Source: Phycisphaeraceae bacterium (lineage in GTDB: Bacteria > Planctomycetota > Phycisphaerae > Phycisphaerales > Phycisphaeraceae). From it: a DNA stretch of 64,000 nucleotides. Under the pieces are notes generated by a model that saw only the letters and a program-made list of their open reading frames with translations, was not told where the DNA came from and did not search any database. Position numbers and translations under genes: made by a program. This document shows positions 31,223-41,411 of the stretch, in pieces. Position 1 is the first letter of the stretch. Each line of letters opens with the position of its first letter. The DNA lies in the NCBI GenBank assembly GCA_963674705.1, contig OY771506.1, positions 4,544,001 through 4,608,000 of the forward strand, read 5' to 3'.

Positions 31223-33562
31223 ATGCGAAACCTCATCGCGGTCCTGTTTATATTAGCCCTGGTCGGCACCTGCCTCGCTGCATCGACCACACCGCTCGAT
31301 CGCATCGACTTCGGCGACCGGACATCCGAATCGCAACACAACCTCTCAGCAAATCACAGCCAAGTCGTACAAGGCGCGCTTGGTCAACCGGCCAGGCAAC
31401 TTACGCCGATGAACTCCCCGACATGGGTTGGCGGGCATGTCGCATTCGACATGAAAGTCGACCCGGATCAACAGAATTATGTCACAGCCCGTTTCTGGGG
31501 TGGCGACGCCGGGCAAGACCGCGGCCGACTGGTTCTTTATATAGATGGTAAACAGGTCGGCCAGCGGCACCTCGGCGAAGTGGACATTCTCGACATCCTC
31601 AACGACAAACCAAGATTCCCCGGCCGATTCTTCTACAAAACGCTGCCCCTGCCCGTAAACATGACGCGTGGCAAAAACTCTGTCCAACTCAAGATCGAAG
31701 CGATCGGTCACATCTGGGTCTATGGCGACACGTGGGATCGCTTCCAATACCCGCTCGAACAGAACTCGCGCAGCCTCTACTCGCTTTACACACATACCGA
31801 TCCGTTCTTCACACCACCTGCCGATCAGCCGCAAGGCAATGCGCCCGCAAGCGATGCCAAGCGCCCAGCCCCCGGCCCTGAAGTGCTTGAAGCCGTCAAA
31901 GAACGCATCAATAGTGAGATCGCCAGCCAAATGCGCTACGACGACGAGATGCGCCAGGTCTTCATCCAGTTCATGGCTAACGCATACCTCACGCCTTGGA
32001 CCGACGCCTACCACAAACAGGAAGTACTCGAGAAAATCGTCCGCGGGATCGACTCACGTTACCGCGTATACGCACAGAATCCTGACATCATCAAAAGCGA
32101 TCGCGAAACATGGAACCACGACTGGTTCGGCTTCGGCCCGACCGCCGATGCGGTACGTCTGCTCGCTGAAGAACTGCAACCCTATCTCGATCAGAACATC
32201 ACCGACACGAATATCCCTCGCCGCAAAGGCTGGGCCGACATGTTCATCGCTTCGCGCGATTGGCACATCACCACCCGCCGGCAATACACCAATCAGTCCA
32301 TGATCAAAGACACCTACGGCATCTACTTATGCAATCGTGGTGTAGCGGTGGTCGATCCGGATCGTGCCTGGCCTGAGAAGAAAGCTAAACGCTACCTGTA
32401 TGAATCGGTCGGGCTCGAGCCATGGCGCGGTAGTGACGATGAAAACGGCACGCCCACCTTCCCGCTCGGTCGAAACTACATGCAACTGACCGAAGCCGGG
32501 CTTACCAAGGAACTGGGTTACGTCGGCAACTACGGCGAGGTGATCGACTGGGTCGTCGCGCTTTACGACGCCACTCGCCCGTCGCACGATGCCGAAGGCG
32601 ATCCAAAAATAAAAGAACAACTGATCAAGATCGCCAAAGCCCGCGCCGCGTTCCGCTACCCCCTGCCGGACGTCGATGGCTATCGGTCAATGCAGTTGGA
32701 AACCGTGGTCGGCTGGCGCGATCATTACTACCCCGGCGGTGTTGTTTACGATCAACGCGCATCATGGGACGGTCTGCCCCTGGAAGCCGCGGCCGTGACC
32801 ATGGACCCGGCGCTAGTCGGCTATGGCAAACACATGCTCGATGACAACCAGTACTTCGCCGTCATCAAGGAACGTATGGAAGATAACGGCTTCCGTGTGA
32901 CCGCCAACCTCTTGAAAGCCCCCGACGCCTACGAGGCGATCAAAAACGCTCCGGACACCGGCTCACGCCTGCCCATGGCTGCGGACCAGCCCGACTTTGT
33001 GTTTGCAGATGCGCAGATCGGCGTCGTCGCGATCAAGAATGGCGATGAAGTCTTCTACGCTTCCCTCTACTGGCGCGCCCGCTACGCGATCAACAACCTC
33101 GCACGCATCCATTACCTCACCCCCACCATCGAACGCGACGCCACCGTCCTCCAACACACGCAATTTGAAGATAGCGGCATGGTCTACGTGCTGCCCGACA
33201 TGGCAAACGAAGCACAAAGTAAACGCCACGAAAAGATGCTCAAGCAAGCGGGCGTGCACCGCGCCGAAGCCGGCGAGAAACAACCCATCGCCAAACTGCC
33301 CGTCGATGTCAAAGGCTACAAGCCCGGCAAGGAAAACGTCTACGCCGGCAAGGGCGACTTCTATCAGATGCAGTACGGCCCCTACCTCATCGCCATGAAC
33401 TGCACAAAGTCCCGACGCTACAAACTCGACATACCCAATACGTTCAGAGGCGCCACCGACCTGGTAACCGGCCGCGAGATACTCTCCCGCTCCCTGCTGG
33501 TTCAGCCGTGGCAGACCGTCGTCCTCTATCAACCAGCGAACAAACCGACACAGACACGCTAA
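31223..33562 (+). CDS. Secreted uncharacterised enzyme-like protein (paralogue of 23058..25649, no anchor)
   Basis: GGAG RBS, signal peptide MRNLIAVLFILALVGTCLA; shared motifs QNY.TARFWGG, HTD, E...WR, ARIH. Confidence 0.85.
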   Translation: MRNLIAVLFILALVGTCLAASTTPLDRIDFGDRTSESQHNLSANHSQVVQGALGQPARQLTPMNSPTWVGGHVAFDMKVDPDQQNYVTARFWGGDAGQDRGRLVLYIDGKQVGQRHLGEVDILDILNDKPRFPGRFFYKTLPLPVNMTRGKNSVQLKIEAIGHIWVYGDTWDRFQYPLEQNSRSLYSLYTHTDPFFTPPADQPQGNAPASDAKRPAPGPEVLEAVKERINSEIASQMRYDDEMRQVFIQFMANAYLTPWTDAYHKQEVLEKIVRGIDSRYRVYAQNPDIIKSDRETWNHDWFGFGPTADAVRLLAEELQPYLDQNITDTNIPRRKGWADMFIASRDWHITTRRQYTNQSMIKDTYGIYLCNRGVAVVDPDRAWPEKKAKRYLYESVGLEPWRGSDDENGTPTFPLGRNYMQLTEAGLTKELGYVGNYGEVIDWVVALYDATRPSHDAEGDPKIKEQLIKIAKARAAFRYPLPDVDGYRSMQLETVVGWRDHYYPGGVVYDQRASWDGLPLEAAAVTMDPALVGYGKHMLDDNQYFAVIKERMEDNGFRVTANLLKAPDAYEAIKNAPDTGSRLPMAADQPDFVFADAQIGVVAIKNGDEVFYASLYWRARYAINNLARIHYLTPTIERDATVLQHTQFEDSGMVYVLPDMANEAQSKRHEKMLKQAGVHRAEAGEKQPIAKLPVDVKGYKPGKENVYAGKGDFYQMQYGPYLIAMNCTKSRRYKLDIPNTFRGATDLVTGREILSRSLLVQPWQTVVLYQPANKPTQTR

Positions 33563-33595
33563 CCACACCCGATCAGTATCTGATCGCAAACGGTA

Positions 33596-35908
33596 ATGAC
33601 TCAATGCATATCAACAATTGCACGACAGTCACAATTAAATAGAACACACATGATGACTCACGCTTCAAAGTCAGCCAACCTCGGCTTGTTAGTGATCGGT
33701 CTTATTACGGCCTTACTGACATCGACACCACAACTCAATGCCGAAGCCGGCGCTGTAGATGTCACAGACAAAATCAGCGCCATGGTGCGCGACGGCGTCC
33801 TGACACTGACGCCGACCAACGACCTGGTCGCTTCAGACCCCGCGCCCGGCAAACCCAAGAAGCTGCGCGTCGACTACACCATCGAATCTCACGCCGCTTC
33901 AATAACGGTCTTTGAGAAAATGCCGATGCGATTGGTTGCTCCACGCAGTTCAGGGCTCATCATCACCAAGGCATACTACGGCGACTTCCCCTCACCCCGG
34001 ATCGATGTCACTCAAACGATCCGTGATGCCATGCGCGACGGGATGATCGAACGCACGATCGATAAACAATTCCTCGGTGGCGATCCTGCTCCGGGAAAAG
34101 CCAAACTGCTGCGCATCAGCTACCGCATCGGCAGCATATTCCATCAAGACGAATTTGCAGATGGCGACACATTGCGCCTGCCCACCGAGGATGATATCAA
34201 CGGCAACCTGGAAGTCATCAATGCTATCTACGGCGACATGACCGCCGCCGAACCTTCGGCCCCCACGCTAATATCTACCGAGCCGAAGCAGCCAGCGATC
34301 ATCCCAAACACGTTCCCCTCGCCCGCTCCGACCGAATACTTCCCCTGGCCTGTCCCCGCGGTCTATCAGTGGTCGGTCCCGGTCGAAGGCGGTAACGACA
34401 TCAAACGCGCATACCTGTGGATACCCGAACGCGCCCAGCATATCCGGGGTCTCGTCGTCGGCCTGCAAAACATGCTGGAAAAACCGATGTTCCAGGACCC
34501 CACGATCCGCCGGGCGTGCGCCGAAGCCGGGCTCGGTATCGTCTGGATTTCTCCCGGCCATAACGGCGGTGATGATGAATCCATCAACCTGCTATTCAAG
34601 AATCCCGACAAGCAGTGGCAAAACCTGGTCGATACGCTTGCAGCGCTTGCTGAAGAATCAGGCTATCAAGAAGTCGCAACCGTCCCCCTACTCACAGTCG
34701 GCCACTCCGCCGCCATGCCGTTCAACTACGGCGCCGCAGAGCGGCATCCCGAACGTGTCTTCGCGCAGCTTGCTTACAAAGGCTGGCACCCCGGCGGCAT
34801 CGCACGGAATATGCCTATCCTCCACGTCTCATCCGAAGTCGGCGAATGGGGGAAGGACTGGGGTAACACCTGGCTGCGCCTGGATCGCCCGGCGTTATTG
34901 AAGTACCGCAGCTACGATCCCGCGCCATTACTTGGTGAGTTTGCCGATATCGGTACGGGCCACTTCAACTACGAACCACAGTCGGGCCACATCCTCGCCA
35001 TGTTCATCAAGAAAGCCGCAGACGCAAGACTTTCTGCTTCGTCTCATACAGATGAAACGGCATCAATCAAACCGATCCGCCCTGAAGACGGCGTCCTTGT
35101 CGAAGCTCAATCGCTTGGCACGCCCGGCTTCAAAGCCATCCCCTACGAACAATACACCGGCGATAAATCCAAAGCCTACTGGTATCTCGATCAGCAACTG
35201 GCAACCGCGATCAACAACACCATGGTTTCACGCCTGGCTAAAAAGCCGCAGATGATCACCTACATGCTCGACGGCAAGCCTGACCTCATGTCGGAACAAG
35301 GTTTTGCCAATCAGGGCGTGACCTATCTCGACGACGGCTTTACTTTCGAGGTTGAAGCAGCTTTCATCGATCGTTCGCCAACATCAAATCTGTATGAAGG
35401 CATTGAACTGGGTCATGCCGATTCGCCAATCCGTTTCCGCGTCGGCAGCGGTGGTATCCGCCAGGTTGGCCCGAACCAGTTTCAACCCTACATCGACCGC
35501 GGCGGTGTCCAACGCCAGGGACCGCCTTGGGAAAACTGGGTGCTTGCGTATCATCCCGGCGACGATACTTTCCGCATGACTGACCGCCCGCGACACGTCT
35601 GGGTGCCCTCGCGTAACACCGCCGGCCAAACACAGACGATCAGCTTCGACACGATCGATGATGTCGCCGTCGGCGCAGACCCGATCCCACTGCATGCCAC
35701 GGCAAGCTCGGGCAAGGCGGTGCAATTCTTCGTCATCAGCGGTCCGGTGCTACTTGAAAATGACATACTTGTATTGCAACCGATCCCGCCCGGCAGCCGC
35801 TTCCCCGTCAAGGTGATGGTCGCGGCGTATCAATGGGGCTCCGCGGTCGATCCCAAGTGGCAATCCGCCGGACCTGTCGTGCAAGCGTTTCTCATCAATA
35901 GGCCGTAA
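33596..35908 (+). CDS. Secreted protein: two DPAPG-type (DUF3395/lectin-like) modules plus an alpha/beta-hydrolase-like domain
   Basis: DVT...DPAPGK.K.LR..Y occurs twice; LLTVGHSAA is nucleophile-elbow-like. Start is possibly 33650. Confidence 0.72.
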   Translation: MTQCISTIARQSQLNRTHMMTHASKSANLGLLVIGLITALLTSTPQLNAEAGAVDVTDKISAMVRDGVLTLTPTNDLVASDPAPGKPKKLRVDYTIESHAASITVFEKMPMRLVAPRSSGLIITKAYYGDFPSPRIDVTQTIRDAMRDGMIERTIDKQFLGGDPAPGKAKLLRISYRIGSIFHQDEFADGDTLRLPTEDDINGNLEVINAIYGDMTAAEPSAPTLISTEPKQPAIIPNTFPSPAPTEYFPWPVPAVYQWSVPVEGGNDIKRAYLWIPERAQHIRGLVVGLQNMLEKPMFQDPTIRRACAEAGLGIVWISPGHNGGDDESINLLFKNPDKQWQNLVDTLAALAEESGYQEVATVPLLTVGHSAAMPFNYGAAERHPERVFAQLAYKGWHPGGIARNMPILHVSSEVGEWGKDWGNTWLRLDRPALLKYRSYDPAPLLGEFADIGTGHFNYEPQSGHILAMFIKKAADARLSASSHTDETASIKPIRPEDGVLVEAQSLGTPGFKAIPYEQYTGDKSKAYWYLDQQLATAINNTMVSRLAKKPQMITYMLDGKPDLMSEQGFANQGVTYLDDGFTFEVEAAFIDRSPTSNLYEGIELGHADSPIRFRVGSGGIRQVGPNQFQPYIDRGGVQRQGPPWENWVLAYHPGDDTFRMTDRPRHVWVPSRNTAGQTQTISFDTIDDVAVGADPIPLHATASSGKAVQFFVISGPVLLENDILVLQPIPPGSRFPVKVMVAAYQWGSAVDPKWQSAGPVVQAFLINRP

Positions 35909-35956
35909 GCATTCATGAGGTATACGACGACTCCATGTTGCTCCGAGAAGAACTTG

Positions 35957-37720
35957 ATGCTTAAGGCGTTCGACCTGTCACATGTCAGGCTATTGCCCGG
36001 CCCGATCCGGGATAAGCAAACGCTGAACACGCGCTACCTGCTGTCGCTGGAGCCCGGCCGGTTACTGCATACTTTCAGGCTGCAGGCGGGATTGCCCAGC
36101 AACGCCGAACCCTTAGGCGGCTGGGAAGCGCCCGATTGCGGCTTGCGAGGCCACTTCGTCGGCCATTACCTGTCGGCTTGCGCCCAAGGCTACGCAGCAA
36201 CCGGTGAAGTTGCGTTACGTGATCGAGCGATTCTGATCACAGACGGATTGGTTGAATGCCAGAACGCGATCGGCACCGGTTATCTCAGCGCCTTCCCTGA
36301 ATCAGACCTCGACACGATCGAAACCAAGTACGAAGGACCATGGGCATCCTACTACACGTTACACAAAATCCTCGCCGGCCTGTTGGATGTCCATCACTGG
36401 TGTCGGTATGAACCCTCGCTGGCGGCAGCGTTACAACTTGGCCAATACATCCTCGAACGAATCAACAAGCTATCTCCTGAACAACTGGAAAACATGTGCC
36501 GGACCGATCTGAAACCAAACCCGACCAACGAGTTCGGCGGATTGAGCGAAGCCTTTCAAAACCTGGCGACAGCGAGCGGCCAAGATGCGTTCAACAACCT
36601 GGCCGAACGCTTCGACCGCGACTGGTTCGTGCAGCCTTTGATTGACGGTGAAGACAGACTCACAGCACTACATGCCAATACGCACATCGCCATGGTGCTC
36701 GGTCTGGCTCGACGATATGAACGGACGCAAGATGAACGCTTCATACAAGCGGTCGAATACTTCTGGGATCGTACCGCAATCGCGCGCTCGTATGTCAACG
36801 CGGGCAGTTCGGGGCCCCGGCCGGACGGACTGGAAAAAAGCACTGGCGCGGAACACTGGCCCGAACCCTTCAGGCTCGCCAAAACACTCACGCCGAAGAT
36901 CAACGAAAGCTGCGTCACCTACAACATGATGCGCCTGACCGATGCGCTGTTCCGCTGGACCGCCGATGCGAAGTACGCCGCTTTCTACGAACGCGCCTAC
37001 TTCAACCACGTCCTTGCCATGCAACACCCCGGCTACACCGGCGGCTATCTCTACGACCACCCACTAAGCCCCGGTAGCTGCAAGAAGTTCGGCCACGCCC
37101 ACGACGCCTTCTGGTGCTGTTACGGTAGCTCCGTCGAAGCGTTCGAACGCCTCGCAACCGGGATCTACTATCACGATGATCAATCGCTTTGGATCAACCA
37201 GTTTGTGTCATCACGGGTTGACTGGCACGAGAAAGGTGTCCGCCTCGAGCAGCGATCGGACTTCGGAGATGGCCTTACGATGGCGCTGACGATCAACTGT
37301 GAACAACCGACCAACTGCTCACTGAATATTCGCCTGCCTGATTGGCTGAAAGATATTACTGCCACCTTAAACGGCGAAGTGCTTGGTCCGTACGATCCGC
37401 CTTACCTGTCGATCAACAGAACTTGGCATAATGGAGATAATGTTCATATCGAGGCATTGTTGCATTGCCATACTGAGACAATGCCGGATGACGCGGATAT
37501 GTTCGCTTTCCTGTACGGGCCGTTTCTACTGGCTGCCAGAACAGATGCAGAGCTTCAAGTGCAGGCCGATGATGCAAATAATGCGTTGACCAATCTGGTA
37601 TCCGCAGGTCCATTGACATTCCGGGGGCGGCTTACCGACGAGCGTGATGTTGAACTTATACCGATCAACCAGATTATTGATGAATCGTTCGGTGTGTATT
37701 TTAAGCTTGCTTGGTCATAG
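35957..37720 (+). CDS. GH127/GH146 beta-L-arabinofuranosidase-like hydrolase, no signal peptide
   Basis: GGWE, GHFVGHYLSA, LHANTHI, ESCVTYNM, FWCCYGS. Confidence 0.9.
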   Translation: MLKAFDLSHVRLLPGPIRDKQTLNTRYLLSLEPGRLLHTFRLQAGLPSNAEPLGGWEAPDCGLRGHFVGHYLSACAQGYAATGEVALRDRAILITDGLVECQNAIGTGYLSAFPESDLDTIETKYEGPWASYYTLHKILAGLLDVHHWCRYEPSLAAALQLGQYILERINKLSPEQLENMCRTDLKPNPTNEFGGLSEAFQNLATASGQDAFNNLAERFDRDWFVQPLIDGEDRLTALHANTHIAMVLGLARRYERTQDERFIQAVEYFWDRTAIARSYVNAGSSGPRPDGLEKSTGAEHWPEPFRLAKTLTPKINESCVTYNMMRLTDALFRWTADAKYAAFYERAYFNHVLAMQHPGYTGGYLYDHPLSPGSCKKFGHAHDAFWCCYGSSVEAFERLATGIYYHDDQSLWINQFVSSRVDWHEKGVRLEQRSDFGDGLTMALTINCEQPTNCSLNIRLPDWLKDITATLNGEVLGPYDPPYLSINRTWHNGDNVHIEALLHCHTETMPDDADMFAFLYGPFLLAARTDAELQVQADDANNALTNLVSAGPLTFRGRLTDERDVELIPINQIIDESFGVYFKLAWS

Positions 37721-37752
37721 AGATAATCCGCTTCACGGAGATGTAAATCAGC

Positions 37753-39924
37753 ATGCCGATTGAAATACTTGCCGACCACGCGATCGCCGACACCACTGTC
37801 CGCTATGTTATTGACCGGGACAGCGGGCAGGTCGGGTTGCAACTGTTTCCTTCGGTAATGTTGGGTGATTTAACGGCGAATCGCACCGGCCTTCGTGGGC
37901 TGCCTTATATCGATGCGATCCCTGATGCGGGTGATCCGCCTGCCTATGTCGTTGATCCGTTAGTGCATGTAAAGCTCGTAGGTGATGCCTACCCCGGTGG
38001 GTTCAGTCAGGGCCGAACCATGCGGCAGTCTGCCTCAAACAACAGATTCCGCTTCACCTCTCAGTCGGTTGAACATGATGGCGATACGTCCACCATCCTC
38101 ACAACACTCGAATCCGATCACGGCCTGACATTAGCGCACCGATTGATCTGGCACGATGGCGACCACGCACTTCACGTGCAAACATCGATCCACAATCAAT
38201 CGAACCAACCCGTCACGATGGAGATGCTGACCAGCTTCTCGCTCAGCGGGATTACGCCTTTCGATCCGGCCGACGCCCCCGGCAGGTTGCAGGTGCACCG
38301 TTATCGATCGGTATGGAGCGCGGAAGGACGCCTGGAAACAAGCAGCCCGGAGGTGATGCATCTGGAGCGATCCTGGTCGGGCGCGGGTGCGTTTTCCGAA
38401 CGCTTCGGACAAGTCGGCTCGATGCCGGTCAGGGGCTGGTTCCCCTTCGTAGCCGTGACCGACACCAAGGCCGATGTCACCTGGGGCGCTCAACTCGCAT
38501 GGGCCGGCTCATGGCAGATGGAGGTTTACCGCAAGCATGATGATCTTTGCCTGTCCGGCGGCCTGGCCGACAGAGAGTTCGGGCACTGGATGAAAACACT
38601 GGCGCCCGGCGAATCGTTGATAGCACCGCACGCGTTACTTGCCTGCGTGCAGGGCGGTGTGGATGAAGTTTGTGATCGGCTGACCGCACTGCAGCAACGC
38701 GCTGTCGATCAGCAGCCGAAGGTTGAGCACGATCTGCCCGTCGTCTTCAACGAATGGTGCACAACCTGGGGCGATCCGCAGCATGATAAGGTGATTGCCA
38801 TCGCGGACCGGCTTAAAGATTCAGGCGTGCGCTACCTCGTGATCGACGCCGGCTGGTACAAGCCCGATGACGAAGTCAGCGGCAATTGGTTCAACGCGCA
38901 CGGCGACTGGAATCCCAGCACAAGACTATTTCCCGAGGGGCTCAAGGCAACCGCGGATGCGATCCGAAAGCGCGGCCTGATCCCAGGGTTATGGTTCGAG
39001 ATGGAAACCGTCGGCGAAGCTTCAAAAGCCTGGCGCATGACAGACCACCTGCTCAAGCGAGACGGTTTGCCTATCACCTCCTTCCAGCGCCGTTTCTGGG
39101 ATTTGAACGACCCGTTCGTCATCGACTACCTGAGCGATAAAGTCATCCACCAACTGCGCGACGGCGGCTTCGGCTACCTGAAAGTAGACTACAACGAAAC
39201 CATCGGCCTCGGTGCGGATGACTGCGATAGTTTAGGCGAAGGCCTGCGCAAACAGATCGAAGGCGTCCACCGGTTCTTCGAGAAGATACGCACTGAATTA
39301 CCCGACCTGGTAATCGAAAACTGCTCATCCGGCGGGCACCGGCTTGAGCCTTCGATGATCTGCCGAACCGCGATGAGTTCGTTCTCCGATGCTCATGAGC
39401 TTGTCGAAATACCGTTGATCGCTGCGAACCTGCACGCACTAATGTTGCCTAGGCAGAGCCAGATCTGGGCGGTGCTGCATCCGGAGGACCACGACCGAAG
39501 ATTGAATTACCTCTTAACCGGCACCTTCCTCGGCAGGATGTGTTTGTCAGGTGATATCGCGGGCTTGAACGCCGCGCAGTGGTCGCAAGTGCAACACGCG
39601 ATCGACTTGTATCAACAGGTCGCACCAATCATCAAGCACGGCAAGACGCGTCGGTTCGGCAAATGGGGCGCAAGCTGGCGATACCCCACCGGCTACCAAG
39701 CGGTCGTCCGCACTCACGATAACGGTGAAGAAGTCCTTGTCGTATTGCACAGCTTTTCAAACGCGCCTAAGCACGCGGAAGTCCCCCTGCCCGATGGTTC
39801 GTGGCAGCTTTGCCAATATCATCCGCAAACCGCTGACGTAAAACTATCCGCCCGCTCACTCACTTGGATACCCGAAGGCGACTTCGCCGGCGCAGCGATC
39901 CATCTGAAAGGTAAACCCGAATGA
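37753..39924 (+). CDS. GH36 alpha-galactosidase-like hydrolase
   Basis: YLVIDAGWY, PGLWFEME, YLKVDYN, IENCSSGGHR, SFSD. Confidence 0.9.
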   Translation: MPIEILADHAIADTTVRYVIDRDSGQVGLQLFPSVMLGDLTANRTGLRGLPYIDAIPDAGDPPAYVVDPLVHVKLVGDAYPGGFSQGRTMRQSASNNRFRFTSQSVEHDGDTSTILTTLESDHGLTLAHRLIWHDGDHALHVQTSIHNQSNQPVTMEMLTSFSLSGITPFDPADAPGRLQVHRYRSVWSAEGRLETSSPEVMHLERSWSGAGAFSERFGQVGSMPVRGWFPFVAVTDTKADVTWGAQLAWAGSWQMEVYRKHDDLCLSGGLADREFGHWMKTLAPGESLIAPHALLACVQGGVDEVCDRLTALQQRAVDQQPKVEHDLPVVFNEWCTTWGDPQHDKVIAIADRLKDSGVRYLVIDAGWYKPDDEVSGNWFNAHGDWNPSTRLFPEGLKATADAIRKRGLIPGLWFEMETVGEASKAWRMTDHLLKRDGLPITSFQRRFWDLNDPFVIDYLSDKVIHQLRDGGFGYLKVDYNETIGLGADDCDSLGEGLRKQIEGVHRFFEKIRTELPDLVIENCSSGGHRLEPSMICRTAMSSFSDAHELVEIPLIAANLHALMLPRQSQIWAVLHPEDHDRRLNYLLTGTFLGRMCLSGDIAGLNAAQWSQVQHAIDLYQQVAPIIKHGKTRRFGKWGASWRYPTGYQAVVRTHDNGEEVLVVLHSFSNAPKHAEVPLPDGSWQLCQYHPQTADVKLSARSLTWIPEGDFAGAAIHLKGKPE

Positions 39925-39971
39925 ATAACTGCATACAATCAGCCTTGAATCTGAATCCCAGGATTGAACTC

Positions 39972-41411
39972 ATGAAAACCTTCACATATTGCCTCATCAT
40001 CCTCATCGCGCTTAGCTGCTTCGGCACGACCGCCAACGCTGAAGAAAAGACAGTCGACAACCTCGCTGATCTTTATCAGGTAGCACAGCAAAGCGGCAAC
40101 ACGGTACGCATCAAGCCCGGCGTCTACGTGCTCGCCGATTACCTGACCGATGAGCGTATCGAAGAACTCAAACAGCAATTCCCCGATGGCCCGCCACGCC
40201 AACCCCGCTGGCTGCTACGCATCAGCGGCAACGACAACACGTTCGACTTCACCGGTGTTTCCATTGAAATCAACACCGAACTCTACGCCAAACTCCCCTA
40301 CGGCTACACACGCTGCATCTTCATCGACGGTGACAACAACACCATCCAAGGCCTCACCCTCCGCAACACCGGGCCCAGCGATCGCGGCAGCAACGGCAAC
40401 ATCCTCTCCGTCTTCGGCAACGGCAACACGCTCAAAGAAGTGAACCTCCACGTCAGCGGCTCCAAGCCTTACGGCTACGGCGACCTGCTCGGCAAAGGCG
40501 GGCCCAACCTCACCGGCCTGCAAAAACAAAGCGGCATCATGGTCACCGGCCAGGACAACACGCTCAAACGCTGCAAGGTCTTCAGCCGTGCGTTCGGCCA
40601 CTGCTTCTACATCCAGAACCACGGCGGCCACAACGCCAAGAACATCCTCCTCGAAGACTGCTACGCCGAAGGCACCACACGCACGACCAACCAGATGCTC
40701 GCCGAAACGCAAGGCCTCGCGTATGACCTCAGCTTCCGCAGTGTGTATCAGAATCGCGATGGTAGGTTCATGATCACCCCCGGCTACACCAAATCGCTCA
40801 GCGAAGACGGCTTCCGCACCTACGGCGGCGTCGGCAACGTCACCCTGCGCAACTGCATCGCCAACCACACACGCGCCGGCTTCGAGATCGGCGGCACCGA
40901 TGACGCCGACACACGCACCGTACTCGAAGGCTGCCAGGCACTGGGCACGGAACGTGGCTACCTGCTCGGTTCCAACGTACTCGTCCGCGATTGCCGTGGC
41001 GACATCCTGCATGGCCCGCTGCTCTACCTGCGCGGCGGCGTCGATGCCGATGTCGAACTCGAACTTATCGCCGGCCTACCCGAAACCACCGTCCATGCGT
41101 TAGCGACCATCGCCGGCAAGAATCATCGCGTAAAGCTGTTCACCGAAGACCACCACCGCCCCCTGCCCGCCCTGGCCATCATGCTCGGTTTCGGCATGCC
41201 GCAACATGCAGAAATGTCCAGCCCCATCCTGCCCGCCGAAACATCCGACGTCATCTTGATCAACACAATCTCCCGCATGTCCGTCATCGTCAGCGACGAT
41301 GCAGAAAACTGCGACGTCACCAGCCCCGGCCCGGTCGTCAAAGATGCGATCACCCAGAGCATCGACAAAGACGCCCGCGGCAAGTGGCCCACCTCAGGCA
41401 TCGCTCGATAG
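39972..41411 (+). CDS. Secreted right-handed parallel beta-helix protein
   Basis: Signal peptide MKTF...ANA; IKPGVY, GDNNTIQGLTLRN, and repeated ..L.NC/DC strands. Confidence 0.78.
   Translation: MKTFTYCLIILIALSCFGTTANAEEKTVDNLADLYQVAQQSGNTVRIKPGVYVLADYLTDERIEELKQQFPDGPPRQPRWLLRISGNDNTFDFTGVSIEINTELYAKLPYGYTRCIFIDGDNNTIQGLTLRNTGPSDRGSNGNILSVFGNGNTLKEVNLHVSGSKPYGYGDLLGKGGPNLTGLQKQSGIMVTGQDNTLKRCKVFSRAFGHCFYIQNHGGHNAKNILLEDCYAEGTTRTTNQMLAETQGLAYDLSFRSVYQNRDGRFMITPGYTKSLSEDGFRTYGGVGNVTLRNCIANHTRAGFEIGGTDDADTRTVLEGCQALGTERGYLLGSNVLVRDCRGDILHGPLLYLRGGVDADVELELIAGLPETTVHALATIAGKNHRVKLFTEDHHRPLPALAIMLGFGMPQHAEMSSPILPAETSDVILINTISRMSVIVSDDAENCDVTSPGPVVKDAITQSIDKDARGKWPTSGIAR

Noticed and set aside
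40215..41012. Long antisense ORFs (also 12305..13186, 29183..29914, 55785..56495)
   Set aside because: Expected from GC-rich codon bias opposite real genes; no recognisable motifs.
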